Shown here piece by piece: positions 16,113-25,711 of a stretch of DNA of 64,000 nucleotides. The stretch comes from Acutalibacteraceae bacterium (GTDB lineage: Bacteria; Bacillota; Clostridia; Oscillospirales; Acutalibacteraceae). Both the position numbers and the translations under genes were made by a program. Under the pieces are notes generated by a model. The model did not search any database. It saw only the letters and a program-made list of their open reading frames with translations, and was not told where the DNA came from. The stretch is from NCBI GenBank assembly GCA_045544035.1, contig JAZPYE010000002.1, positions 7,898 to 71,897 of the forward strand, given 5' to 3'. Every line of letters begins with the position of its first letter. Within the stretch, counting starts at the first letter, position 1.

Positions 16113-17415
16113 CAGGACCAACGGCGCCCGTTGGGTCAAGACCATAAAGACTTTGAAATGTTCTGACAGCTTCGGCCGTTGCAGGGCCAAAAATTCCATC
16201 CACCGAAATTTTGGGGATTTGGGGAATGTTATCGGCAATGAAGGATAGATAGGTTTGCAAATCTCTCACATCTTCATTTTGCAAACCCTCTGACAAAAAG
16301 TAACCAGGGTACGCCTTAGCAAGACCACTGCTGTAATCGGCAGGCAAGGAACTTCTTGTGTCATTATAAACCGAGCGCAGCTTGTTCCAGGTTGCTTCAT
16401 CCACAATCCCTGTCACATTAAGTCCGTAAAAGGTTTGAAAATTACGCACGGCATTTTCGGTGTTCGCGCCAAAGACCGAGTCAATAGGGAACACATTAAG
16501 TGACGGATTAAAATATGCGATAACATTAAGGTAATACTGGATTGTTGTAACCTCAATGCCGCTATCCCCCGTTCTAATATCGCTGCCAAAAGGAACACTC
16601 GCTTCATCAATTGTAACACCAAGGCTATCAAGCTCGGCAAGGCGTTTTACACCCACATAATACCGCTTTATTTTATACCAGGTGGCTGAATCCACCACGC
16701 CTGTGACGGGCAGAAAAAAGACCTCCTGAAATTTTCGCACGGCGTTTTCGGTTTGCACATTAAAAATTCCGTTTAGCTCACTAATTCTCGGTATTGCGGG
16801 ATAGTTCCTTGCTATGGCGTTTAGCTGCACCTGCAAAATGCTCACATCGTTTCCCGCATCTCCAAGGCGAAGCGGAGTACCAGGGTAGGATGAATCAATG
16901 TCGGCAACGGGGACATTTTCAACAATGTTAATATCGTTGCCGTAATAATTTTGCAAAATGGCATAAGGCGTTAAGCCCTGCTCTGCAAGGGTTACTGTGC
17001 CCCACTGTGAAAGACCATCACAGGTTGAGGTAGTGCCGTTGCAAAACTGCGTAAAAAGTGGCTCAACCGAGCCTTGCCGCACCACATAGCTGTCAAAAAT
17101 CTCATCAACAATTTGGGATATGTTCTCAAAAACGCTTCTATCCCGAACAAAGGCCTGGTCAAAGGCGGTTGTGTTGGTTATATCAAAATCGTAGCCACGG
17201 GAGGGATACCACTCGGTGTAAATTCGGTTAAGGGCAAAGGAAATAATCGCATAAATGTTGGCTCTAAGCGCATTTTCGGGCCAGGTGGGATAAATTTCGC
17301 TGGATGCCACATTTTTTATATATTCGGTAAAGGGCAGGGTAATGTTTTCGGCGGTGGCGGTCGGGGCGCCAAGGTGCACCGTTATCTCCTCGGGAATTTT
17401 AGGGTTTAAAATCAT
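16054..17415 (-). CDS. SleC-like spore cortex-lytic enzyme, catalytic part with three peptidoglycan-binding (PG_binding_1) repeats
   Basis: 453 aa. The region ITLPFTEYIKNVASSEIYPTWPENALRANIYAIISFALNRIYTEWY matches the SleC core. Three repeats of the type G.DV..LQ..LN.I....P.I..DGIFG..T..AV..FQ follow. Confidence 0.8.
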   Translation of the reverse strand: MILNPKIPEEITVHLGAPTATAENITLPFTEYIKNVASSEIYPTWPENALRANIYAIISFALNRIYTEWYPSRGYDFDITNTTAFDQAFVRDRSVFENISQIVDEIFDSYVVRQGSVEPLFTQFCNGTTSTCDGLSQWGTVTLAEQGLTPYAILQNYYGNDINIVENVPVADIDSSYPGTPLRLGDAGNDVSILQVQLNAIARNYPAIPRISELNGIFNVQTENAVRKFQEVFFLPVTGVVDSATWYKIKRYYVGVKRLAELDSLGVTIDEASVPFGSDIRTGDSGIEVTTIQYYLNVIAYFNPSLNVFPIDSVFGANTENAVRNFQTFYGLNVTGIVDEATWNKLRSVYNDTRSSLPADYSSGLAKAYPGYFLSEGLQNEDVRDLQTYLSFIADNIPQIPKISVDGIFGPATAEAVRTFQSLYGLDPTGAVGPVTWFYIGNEYDFLKGQPQG

Positions 17416-17424
17416 TTCATCACC

Positions 17425-17913
17425 TCAAAGCTCATATGTGTTTTGTGTGTCGTAATTTGTGCCACTGCTTCCGTTTGCCGCCGAATTCGACAGCATATCA
17501 ACCGTTTGCAGGGAGGTTACACCATCAAAAATCGGCACCGAATTTATTCTTGTTGTTTTAAAGCCAGACCTTGCAGCCTCAATGTCATAAAGGCTGAAGG
17601 TGGCGGTACCGCTCTCACTTGGAGACTCCGACAAAATACGGCGCGGAGCAGGAAGTGACAGCACGGCTGTGTGACCATTTTCATCTGTTCTAAGCGTGGA
17701 AACAAGGACACCACTTTCATTTTCATAAACCTTTATCTCGCCGCCGCTTAAGGGGAATGCCCCTCTCGCAGTTGTTAAAATCACAATAAGGTTCCCCTGC
17801 CCCGAGCTACTGTCATCGGTAGGATATTGGGGCAAAGGGGCGGCTGTCATAACACTTTTTGAATACATTTCAAGCATTTCATTTTTATAATCATCAATTG
17901 ATTTTTTAGTCAT
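17425..17913 (-). CDS. SleC N-terminal pro-domain-like protein (carboxypeptidase-regulatory-like beta-sandwich) encoded as a separate ORF
   Basis: Start at ATG 17913. The region GNLIVILTTARGAFPLSGGEIKVYENESG.....DENGHTAVLSLPAP resembles the SleC pre/pro region. It stops at TGA, 3 codons before and in frame with the next ORF. Confidence 0.6.
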   Translation of the reverse strand: MTKKSIDDYKNEMLEMYSKSVMTAAPLPQYPTDDSSSGQGNLIVILTTARGAFPLSGGEIKVYENESGVLVSTLRTDENGHTAVLSLPAPRRILSESPSESGTATFSLYDIEAARSGFKTTRINSVPIFDGVTSLQTVDMLSNSAANGSSGTNYDTQNTYEL

Positions 17914-17953
17914 AAAAAAACACCCTCTCATACCAAGGTATGAAAGGGTGTTT
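17914..17953 (-). terminator. Rho-independent terminator after the AI-2E transporter gene
   Basis: On the minus strand: AAACACCCTTTCATACC-TT-GGTATGAGAGGGTGTTT (one mismatch) followed by TTTTTTT. Confidence 0.75.
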
Positions 17954-17965
17954 CATTTTGTTATT

Positions 17966-19090
17966 CTACTGCGATTTTGACTTCTTTCTCACATCTTCCT
18001 GCACAATATAATAAATTGTTGCAGCTGTGGGAACACCGAGAAGCATTCCGAGAACGCCCATTATTCCACCGCCAATGGTAACTGCGGCAAGAATCCAAAT
18101 TGCGGGAAGCCCCATTTTAGAGCCCACAACCTTTGGATAAATAAGGTTACCCTCGATTTGTTGTAAAACAATGATGAAAATGAGAAATATGAGTGCCTTT
18201 ATGGGTGAGACCATTAAGATTAAGAACGCGCCCACAATGGCACCAATGTAGGCGCCTGCAATAGGGATAAGCGCAGTAAACGCAATAAGAGCGCTTATCA
18301 TGGGAGCATAAGGAAGCCTTAAAATAAACATACCCACCATACAAAGTACACCTAGAATCAGCGCCTCAATGCACTGACCAGAAATGTAGTTGTGAAAGCA
18401 TCTATTAGCAATGCTCAGAACATACTGAATTTTGTCAAACCAGCTGCTTTTAAGATAAATTCCCATGGTGCGGTTAATCTGCTCGCCAAGCTTTTCCTTT
18501 GAGAAAAGAATGTAACCCGAGAAAATAATGCTTAAAAAAGCGGTAACAACCCCCGAGAAAACCGAGGTTACAATGTTAACTGCAACACCCAAAACATCAC
18601 CAAACCCGCCTGTAACTGCCGAAACAATCTTATCAATTTGGGTTTTGAAATCAATGGCTGAAAGCACACTGATAACATCATCGGAAAGAATTTCGGTTTT
18701 ATCAAACCAAGCAATGGTATTTTGAAGGGCTGTGGGCAGCTGCTGAATAAGCATTTCGATTGCCGAAATGAGCTGAGGCAAAATGAGCCATAAAACAATC
18801 GAAATAATTGCTGCAAGAGTTAAAAAGGCAAGTAAAATTGAAACGGGCCTTTTAATGGTTATAAAAAATTTCTTTTTTGGGCTCTTGAAAATATGTCGCT
18901 CGTAAAAGTTCATTAGTATGTTAAGAACAAAGGCAATGGCGCAACCTATAAAAATTGGTGAAGCAGCGCCTAAAATCTTAACTAAAATGTTGCCTAGCCC
19001 CGGCAAAAAAGAAATGCACAAATAAAAGACAAGTGCAGTAACCCCAACCCTGAAACAGGTTTTCCAATCAATCTTCATTTTTATCTCCAA
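17966..19090 (-). CDS. AI-2E family transporter (PerM/YtvI-like membrane protein)
   Basis: 374 aa with ~8 TM segments. The conserved C-terminal region is QQIEGNLIYPKVVGSKMGLPAIWIL. Overlaps the upstream gene by 23 nt. Confidence 0.8.
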   Translation of the reverse strand: MEIKMKIDWKTCFRVGVTALVFYLCISFLPGLGNILVKILGAASPIFIGCAIAFVLNILMNFYERHIFKSPKKKFFITIKRPVSILLAFLTLAAIISIVLWLILPQLISAIEMLIQQLPTALQNTIAWFDKTEILSDDVISVLSAIDFKTQIDKIVSAVTGGFGDVLGVAVNIVTSVFSGVVTAFLSIIFSGYILFSKEKLGEQINRTMGIYLKSSWFDKIQYVLSIANRCFHNYISGQCIEALILGVLCMVGMFILRLPYAPMISALIAFTALIPIAGAYIGAIVGAFLILMVSPIKALIFLIFIIVLQQIEGNLIYPKVVGSKMGLPAIWILAAVTIGGGIMGVLGMLLGVPTAATIYYIVQEDVRKKSKSQ

Positions 19091-19550
19091 TAAATTTATT
19101 TTTTATCTTTGAAAGGCGATTTCTGACCCTCGCCCAATTCTTTTTAATAAACTTAGAAAACGGATTGCTTATAAAAAAAACATAAAGTTTAAAGAAAAAA
19201 CTGCCACATTCAATTTCTTTACCGTTTTTGTTAACCGAAACTAAAATGCCGATGATTTGCTCATCTCTAATTCCCTTTTCGTTTGCATACTGATTATCCC
19301 CCGACATTACATAGCTATCTGGCATAACCTTTATAACTCTGTGAAGCACAAAACCGCCGTTTTCCCTGCGATAAAGGCAGGCATCATATTTTTTAAGTCT
19401 GCCTTCGGGCTTTTTAATGGTGACACTGTCACTGCCGCCGATAATGACAGGCTGCATGCTTACTCCCTCGGGAATAAAGGTGACCTTGCCATCTGCCTTC
19501 AGCATTTCCTCAATAACAGGCAGCATTTCGCTTAAATGAAATTTAGGCAT
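19068..19550 (-). CDS. S24/S26 family (signal peptidase I / LexA-like) serine peptidase
   Basis: 160 aa with the Ser motif PEGVSMQP and a Lys motif in LHRVIKV. The C-terminus is amphipathic or hydrophobic. Confidence 0.7.
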   Translation of the reverse strand: MPKFHLSEMLPVIEEMLKADGKVTFIPEGVSMQPVIIGGSDSVTIKKPEGRLKKYDACLYRRENGGFVLHRVIKVMPDSYVMSGDNQYANEKGIRDEQIIGILVSVNKNGKEIECGSFFFKLYVFFISNPFSKFIKKNWARVRNRLSKIKNKFIGDKNED

Positions 19551-20262
19551 TGTTTTCTGTCCTTTTCATTGTGTTGTAGGAAAGCAGTGCGGCTTGCCTA
19601 CTTATGTTACAGCCCATTTTATAAACGGGAACATTTGAGAGAATGTCATCAAGAAGTTTTAAAAACTTATCAAGTTTATCTTCACTTAGCCGATGAATTG
19701 TTTGCCTTAAAATAGGCACAATTGCCTCCTCGGCTGAAATTCTTTCTATAACATTTTCCTCACTTCTGTGAATGAGGCAAATTCCACCCAGCTTTACCTT
19801 TTCGTTTTTACTCAAATCCTCCTTGCCGCTAAAAGGAGTGCCGTAAACAAAAAGCTCGTTATTTACTTTTCTTATTGCAGGCTTATCATCATTTATGATA
19901 TAGGTGCCATCAATATGCTCACACCAAAGGTGGGTGTGGGTTGATTTGCCTGTGCCTGAATCGGCCGAGAAAAGGTAGGCATAACCATCCTTCACAACAC
20001 CCGAGGCATGCAGCATTATTCCACCGAAATCAATAAGCTGTGTATAAAAAAAGCTGCCCGCACTAAGATATTCCGCAATTTCTTCGGTCAAATTCGGATA
20101 GCGTTTTAAAATCCCTACAATTTGTCTTTCAGAAACCCTCACAGTAATATCAGGTGCACTATTAAGTTGTGAGCTATCCTCATAAGGAACACACTGCTTT
20201 AAAAGCCTTTCGCTTTTAACATCAATGTCAACCTGCAAATCGGCAATTTTAAGTCTTTTCAT
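19543..20262 (-). CDS. HPr-kinase C-terminal-domain-like P-loop protein (HprK-related kinase family)
   Basis: 239 aa. LHASGVVKDGYAYLFSADSGTGKSTHTHLW is the HprK-like Walker A context. There is no HprK N-terminal domain. It is distinct from the bona fide hprK at 27602-28564. Confidence 0.65.
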   Translation of the reverse strand: MKRLKIADLQVDIDVKSERLLKQCVPYEDSSQLNSAPDITVRVSERQIVGILKRYPNLTEEIAEYLSAGSFFYTQLIDFGGIMLHASGVVKDGYAYLFSADSGTGKSTHTHLWCEHIDGTYIINDDKPAIRKVNNELFVYGTPFSGKEDLSKNEKVKLGGICLIHRSEENVIERISAEEAIVPILRQTIHRLSEDKLDKFLKLLDDILSNVPVYKMGCNISRQAALLSYNTMKRTENNA

Positions 20263-20278
20263 CTATTACCTTTTCCTC

Positions 20279-20324
20279 AAAAAATAACAAAATGCGGCAA
20301 CTAAATTTTTAAAGTCGCCGCATT
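20279..20324 (-). terminator. Rho-independent terminator after pfkA
   Basis: On the minus strand: AATGCGGCGAC-loop-GTTGCCGCATT followed by TTGTTATTTTTT. Confidence 0.7.
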
Positions 20325-20333
20325 ACTTTTTAA

Positions 20334-21299
20334 TTAGATGGAAATTTCATGAGCAATATCGTACAACTCGTGATCAAATTTTCTTTCCATTGAAAGAGCT
20401 TCGTAAATATCGAAGTCAACAATTTTATTGTCGGTGAAGGAGATAACGCGGTTACCGATGCCCTGAACAAGAAGTTCAACGGCGGCATAACCCATTCGGC
20501 TTGCCATAACACGGTCGCGAACGGTGGGTCTTCCTCCACGCTGAACGTGGCCGAGAACCGTTGCACGGGTTTCGATGCCGGTTTTGTCCTCAATTTCTTT
20601 GGCAATGTATTTTACCTTGCCAACGCCCTCGGCAACAATGATGATAAAGTGCTTTTTGCCGGTTTTCTTGGCCCTCAGCATTTTTTCAACGATTTTATCC
20701 ACACTATATTCAACCTCAGGAACAAGGATAGCAGCCGCACCTACGGCAATGCCTGTTCTGAGTGCTAAATAGCCTGCACCTCTTCCCATAACCTCAACAA
20801 CACTGCAACGGGCATGGGACTGCGCGGTGTCGCGCAAGCGGTCAACCATTTCCATCGCGGTGTTCATCGCGGTGTCGAATCCAATGGTGTAATCGGTTGA
20901 GGAAATATCATTATCAATGGTTGCAGGAATACCAACGCAGGGAACACCGTGCAAGGACAGGTCACGAGCGCCACGGAAGGTTCCGTCACCACCAATGGTA
21001 ACAATGCCGTCAATACCGTGTTTTTTACAGGTTTCAACCGCTTTCATAATGCCCTCTTCAGTTTTGAATTCGGGGCAGCGTGAGCTGTAAAGCACTGTGC
21101 CGCCTCTATGAATGATTTCAGAAACGGAACGCAGGTTAAAATCAATAATTTCACCATTTATAAGGCCGGTGTAACCACCCACAATACCAACAACCTCAAT
21201 GCCCTTGCTAAGAGCAGCACGAACAACGGCACGAACAGCCGCATTCATTCCCGGGGCGTCACCACCGCTTGTTAAAACACCAATTTTTTTAATACTCAT
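20334..21299 (-). CDS. pfkA: ATP-dependent 6-phosphofructokinase
   Basis: Start at ATG 21299 (MSIKKIGVLTSGGDAPGMNAA). Motifs GGDGT, TIDND and MGR. Confidence 0.95.
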   Translation of the reverse strand: MSIKKIGVLTSGGDAPGMNAAVRAVVRAALSKGIEVVGIVGGYTGLINGEIIDFNLRSVSEIIHRGGTVLYSSRCPEFKTEEGIMKAVETCKKHGIDGIVTIGGDGTFRGARDLSLHGVPCVGIPATIDNDISSTDYTIGFDTAMNTAMEMVDRLRDTAQSHARCSVVEVMGRGAGYLALRTGIAVGAAAILVPEVEYSVDKIVEKMLRAKKTGKKHFIIIVAEGVGKVKYIAKEIEDKTGIETRATVLGHVQRGGRPTVRDRVMASRMGYAAVELLVQGIGNRVISFTDNKIVDFDIYEALSMERKFDHELYDIAHEISI

Positions 21300-21354
21300 T
21301 TTAATATCACTCCAAGGAAATCGCAATAGAATTATTATATACTATAATTCTTAA

Positions 21355-24300
21355 TTATTCAACTGATTTTACATTATTTTTTCCAATTATTTCGGCAATT
21401 TTTTCTTTTTTAGGGTCATTTGTGCCGAGCCACATATTTTTTGGGGCCGAAAAACGCTTGTTATCCTCCACGCTGTAAATAAAAACCGGCACATTCCCAT
21501 TTGAATTTTGCAAAACTGCCTTCACCTTTTCAAAGTCGGGGCAGGTCATATTTTGAACCCTCAAATAAACACCGCTTTTTATTTTCTTTTGCTCGGCCCC
21601 AATTACCGCAAGGTTTTCGGGAACTGGCTCAAGCTTTTCGCAAATAAGTTCTCTCACCCTTTCATCGGAATCGCTGACCTTGGCCGTTAAAATAACCGGC
21701 CTTTGCTCAACCAAAAGTGGCCTAAACTCATTATAAATCTTTGAAAAGCAGGTGACCGAAATGCTTCCCGTAACATCCTCTGCCGTGGCGGAGGCAAGAA
21801 TATTTTTATTCTTAAGGGTTCTAACCTTGATGGAGGAAAGCATTACAAGCGCCCTTACCCTTTTATTATCAGCATTTTCATCACCGATAATCTCACTGAC
21901 GGTGAGCATACCCATTTTTTTGGGAAGGCCCTCAAATTTTGCCATTGGGTGGCCTGTGAGATAAAGCCCCGTGGCCTCCTTTTCCATCATAAGCAACTGT
22001 GAATCGGGAAGTTCTTCTAAAAGGGGGAACTTAAATTCACATAATTTGCTTTCTGTGTCGGAAAACAAATCCATTTGACCGCCCGATGTGAAACGGCGCT
22101 CGTTATCAACGGCTTCGATAATTGCATCCATAGTAAAAAGCATTTGGCGGCGGTTGGCACCAAGGCCATCCAACGCACCGCTTTTTATAAGGCCTTCAAG
22201 GGCGCGGCGGTTAAATTCACGGGAGGAATTTCGAACACAAAAATCATAAGGTGAAACATATTTCCCCCCTGATTTTCTCTCGGAAATTAACCTTTCAATA
22301 ACGGCTCGGCCCAGGTTTTTAACGGCTAAAAGGCCAAAACGAATGCCATCGTTTGTTGCCGTAAATGACTCATTGCTTTCGTTGACGCTGGGCGGCAAAA
22401 TTTTGATGCCCATACGTTTACATTCGGCGGTGTATTCCCCCACCTTATCGGCATTATCTAAAACACTTGTTAAAAGAGCCGCCATATATTCTTTAGGATA
22501 GTGGCACTTAAGATAGGCCGTTCTATAGGCTACCACAGCATAGGCGGCGGCGTGGGATTTATTAAAGGCATAGGAGGAAAACGCCGACATATCCTCAAAA
22601 ATTTGTTTTGCGGCGGATTCACTGACTCCGCGTTTTACGGCACCCTCGCACAAAACGTTGCCCTTTTCATCCTTTTCACCGTAAATAAAGGCTTTTCTTT
22701 CCTTTTCCATTACCTCGTGCTTCTTTTTGGACATAGCACGGCGAACAATATCGGCCCTTGCCATTGAATAACCTGCAAGACTAACGCAAATTTGCATAAC
22801 CTGCTCCTGATAAACAATGCAGCCATAGGTAACCTTTAAAATAGGCTCTAAAAGTGGAGTAAGATAGGTTACATCGGAACTGTTATAACGGTTGTGGATG
22901 TACCTTGGAATTGAATCCATAGGACCTGGGCGGTAAAGCGAAATAATCGCAATTAAATCCTCTATGTTTTGAGGCTTAAAGGAACGCAGGGTGTTCTTCA
23001 TTCCGCCCGATTCAAACTGAAAAACGCCATCGGTAAGGCCCTTGCCGAAAAGTTCAAGGGTCACTTTATCATCCATAGGAATTTTTTCTATGTCAAGGAA
23101 CACACCTCTTGCCTCAAGGGCCTTTAAGGTGTCATCAATAACGGTAAGGTTGCGAAGTCCCAAAAAGTCCATTTTAAGAAGCCCCAATTCATCAAGGGCG
23201 GTCATTGTGTACTGTGTTACAACCGAATCATCATTTTTAGAAAGGGGAACATACTCACTAACCTTTTTATCACAAATAACCACACCTGCCGCGTGGGTGG
23301 AGGCATGGCGAGGCATACCCTCAACCTTCATTGCCATATTAAGAAGGGTTTTAACCTGCTCATCAAAATCATAAAGATTTTTTAAATCCTTAGAAATTTC
23401 AAGAGCCTTTGCAATGGTCATTCCAACGCTGTAAGGAATAAGCTTTGCAACCTTATCGCAAAGGCTATATGGCACATCCATCACCCTGCCAACATCACGA
23501 ACCGCCGCCCTTGCAGCCATTGTTCCAAAGGTTACAATCTGCGCCACATGGTCGGCACCGTATTTTTCAATTACATAATCAATAACTTCACTTCGCCTTA
23601 CATAGCAAAAATCAATGTCGAAATCGGGCATTGAAACGCGCTCAGGGTTTAAAAAACGTTCGAAAAGAAGGTCATATTTAACGGGGTCAACACCTGTAAT
23701 GCCAATGCAATAGGCCGCAAGGCTACCGGCTCCCGAGCCTCTGCCCGGGCCCACGGGGATGCCCTTTTTCTTAGCGAAATTAACAAAATCCTGAACAATT
23801 AAATAATAATCCACATATCCCATTTTAGAGATAACATCAATCTCATAGTCAAGGCGGTCAAGCACCCTTTTTTCGGGATTATCACCGTAAATTTTGTAAA
23901 GACCCTCGTAGCATTTATTTCTGAAATACTCCTTGTGGTCAACATTTCCGATATCAAAAACAGGAAGTTTTATTTTACCAAACTCAAATTCCACATTACA
24001 GCGCTGGGCAATTTTAACCGTGTTCTCCAAAGCTTCTGGAACATTGCCGAAAAGCTGCGCCATTTCTTCGGTAGATTTGAGATAAAATTCATCAGTTTCA
24101 AAGGAAAGACCGTTTTCTTCGCTTAGCTTTTTACCGGTTTGCACGCAAATGAGCACCTTTTGCATTTCGCTGTCTTCTTTGTCAACATAATGCACATCGT
24201 TAGTGGCAACAAGACCTATTCCAGTTTCCCTTGCAATGCGAAGGATTTGAGGGTTAATTCTTTGCTGTTCGGCAAGGCCGTGGTCTTGCAGTTCTAAAAA

Positions 24301-24810
24301 GAAATTATTTTCGCCGAAAACATTTTTAAACCACACGGCGCTCTGCTTTGCCGCTTCAAAATTTCCCTTTGAAAGGGCGCGGGGAATCTCCCCTGCCAGG
24401 CAGGCTGAAAGGGCAATAATTCCCTCGTGATACTTTTCTAAAAGCTCCCTGTCCACACGGGGCTTGGAGTAAAAGCCCTCGGTAAAGCCAAGGGATACCA
24501 TTTTTATTAAATTTTCATAGCCCTTTTGGTTTTCGCAAAGAAGCACTAAATGGGTGTATTCACTGTCAAGCAGTTTTTCCTTTTGAGTTCGGCTTCTGGG
24601 CGCTACATAAACCTCACAGCCAACAATAAGCTTAATTCCCGCTTTCTTTGCGGCCTTATAATAATCAATTACACCATACATCACACCGTGGTCGGTTATG
24701 GCAACCGCCTTTTGGTTTTTCTCCTTTAAAGCCGCAAAAAGCCTACCCGAACGGCAACAGCCGTCGAGCAGGCTATACTCTGTGTGGAGATGAAGGTGTA
24801 CAAAATCCAT
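21355..24810 (-). CDS. dnaE: DNA polymerase III alpha subunit (DnaE type)
   Basis: 1151 aa. PHP domain FVHLHLHTEYSLLDG. Pol III alpha core and OB fold. Its ATG overlaps the whiA stop by 1 nt. Confidence 0.97.
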   Translation of the reverse strand: MDFVHLHLHTEYSLLDGCCRSGRLFAALKEKNQKAVAITDHGVMYGVIDYYKAAKKAGIKLIVGCEVYVAPRSRTQKEKLLDSEYTHLVLLCENQKGYENLIKMVSLGFTEGFYSKPRVDRELLEKYHEGIIALSACLAGEIPRALSKGNFEAAKQSAVWFKNVFGENNFFLELQDHGLAEQQRINPQILRIARETGIGLVATNDVHYVDKEDSEMQKVLICVQTGKKLSEENGLSFETDEFYLKSTEEMAQLFGNVPEALENTVKIAQRCNVEFEFGKIKLPVFDIGNVDHKEYFRNKCYEGLYKIYGDNPEKRVLDRLDYEIDVISKMGYVDYYLIVQDFVNFAKKKGIPVGPGRGSGAGSLAAYCIGITGVDPVKYDLLFERFLNPERVSMPDFDIDFCYVRRSEVIDYVIEKYGADHVAQIVTFGTMAARAAVRDVGRVMDVPYSLCDKVAKLIPYSVGMTIAKALEISKDLKNLYDFDEQVKTLLNMAMKVEGMPRHASTHAAGVVICDKKVSEYVPLSKNDDSVVTQYTMTALDELGLLKMDFLGLRNLTVIDDTLKALEARGVFLDIEKIPMDDKVTLELFGKGLTDGVFQFESGGMKNTLRSFKPQNIEDLIAIISLYRPGPMDSIPRYIHNRYNSSDVTYLTPLLEPILKVTYGCIVYQEQVMQICVSLAGYSMARADIVRRAMSKKKHEVMEKERKAFIYGEKDEKGNVLCEGAVKRGVSESAAKQIFEDMSAFSSYAFNKSHAAAYAVVAYRTAYLKCHYPKEYMAALLTSVLDNADKVGEYTAECKRMGIKILPPSVNESNESFTATNDGIRFGLLAVKNLGRAVIERLISERKSGGKYVSPYDFCVRNSSREFNRRALEGLIKSGALDGLGANRRQMLFTMDAIIEAVDNERRFTSGGQMDLFSDTESKLCEFKFPLLEELPDSQLLMMEKEATGLYLTGHPMAKFEGLPKKMGMLTVSEIIGDENADNKRVRALVMLSSIKVRTLKNKNILASATAEDVTGSISVTCFSKIYNEFRPLLVEQRPVILTAKVSDSDERVRELICEKLEPVPENLAVIGAEQKKIKSGVYLRVQNMTCPDFEKVKAVLQNSNGNVPVFIYSVEDNKRFSAPKNMWLGTNDPKKEKIAEIIGKNNVKSVE

Positions 24811-25706
24811 TAGTCTTTATTTTTCTCCTGTGCAATTTCTAAAATTCTTCTAAAACGATGGTTAAGACCTGAACGGGTTATGGGCTCGGATGAAATTCGA
24901 CAAAGCTCGGTTAGCGATGCCTCGGGGTTTTCTTTTCGAAGCTTTATTGCCGAAACAAGCTCAGGCTCAAGGGATTCGGCAATGCCCTTTTTTTCAAGGA
25001 TTTCTATTGCCTTTCGTTGCTGAATTGCGGCATCAACCGCCTTAAAAATGTTGGCGGTTTCTCGGTTGCTTATGCGGTTGATTTTATTACGCATATCCTT
25101 GTAAATTTTTGACTGCATTATAAGAATTGCGGCATTTGTGGCACCGATTACGGTCAAAAATTCCTCAATAACATTGCTGTCCTTAAGATAAAGCACCGTG
25201 GCTCCCGCCCTGCTTGAAAGTTTAAAAGCAAAGCCAAATGATGTACAAAGTTCTAAAAACTCACTGCAAATAAGAGGATTTTTAAGGCTTATTTCAAGCC
25301 TGTAATCCTTATTTGGGTCACTTACCTGACCTGCCGCTAAAAACACACCCCGCAGAAAGGCGTGCACACAGCATTCCTTTTTTAAGATTTCTCCGTTAAT
25401 AAAATTTATATCCGACTTATACCCAAAATAAGAAACGATTTTTGCGGTTTCCCCGCCGTTTTTATAGCAAATTTTATAGTTAACCTTTTTTTCGCCGCCG
25501 CTTTCAATAATAGAAAAAATACCAAAAAACTTTTTAATTCGGGCGGCAAAGCGGTGGCAAACAGCCTCGTTTGTTGTTTGAAAATTTATCTTTTCTAAAC
25601 CGAAACTGCGCGAAAAAAGCAACATACCATAACACTCTGCAAGTGCACAGCAACCGGTTTGCCTTAATTCACACAGTTCGCTTTTAACGTCAATCGAAAA
25701 TGACAT
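24810..25706 (-). CDS. whiA: Sporulation/cell-division regulator WhiA
   Basis: 298 aa with a degenerate LAGLIDADG-like N-terminal fold plus a C-terminal HTH (LTELCRISSEPITRSGLNHRFRRI). Confidence 0.9.
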   Translation of the reverse strand: MSFSIDVKSELCELRQTGCCALAECYGMLLFSRSFGLEKINFQTTNEAVCHRFAARIKKFFGIFSIIESGGEKKVNYKICYKNGGETAKIVSYFGYKSDINFINGEILKKECCVHAFLRGVFLAAGQVSDPNKDYRLEISLKNPLICSEFLELCTSFGFAFKLSSRAGATVLYLKDSNVIEEFLTVIGATNAAILIMQSKIYKDMRNKINRISNRETANIFKAVDAAIQQRKAIEILEKKGIAESLEPELVSAIKLRKENPEASLTELCRISSEPITRSGLNHRFRRILEIAQEKNKD

Positions 25707-25711
25707 TTTTT

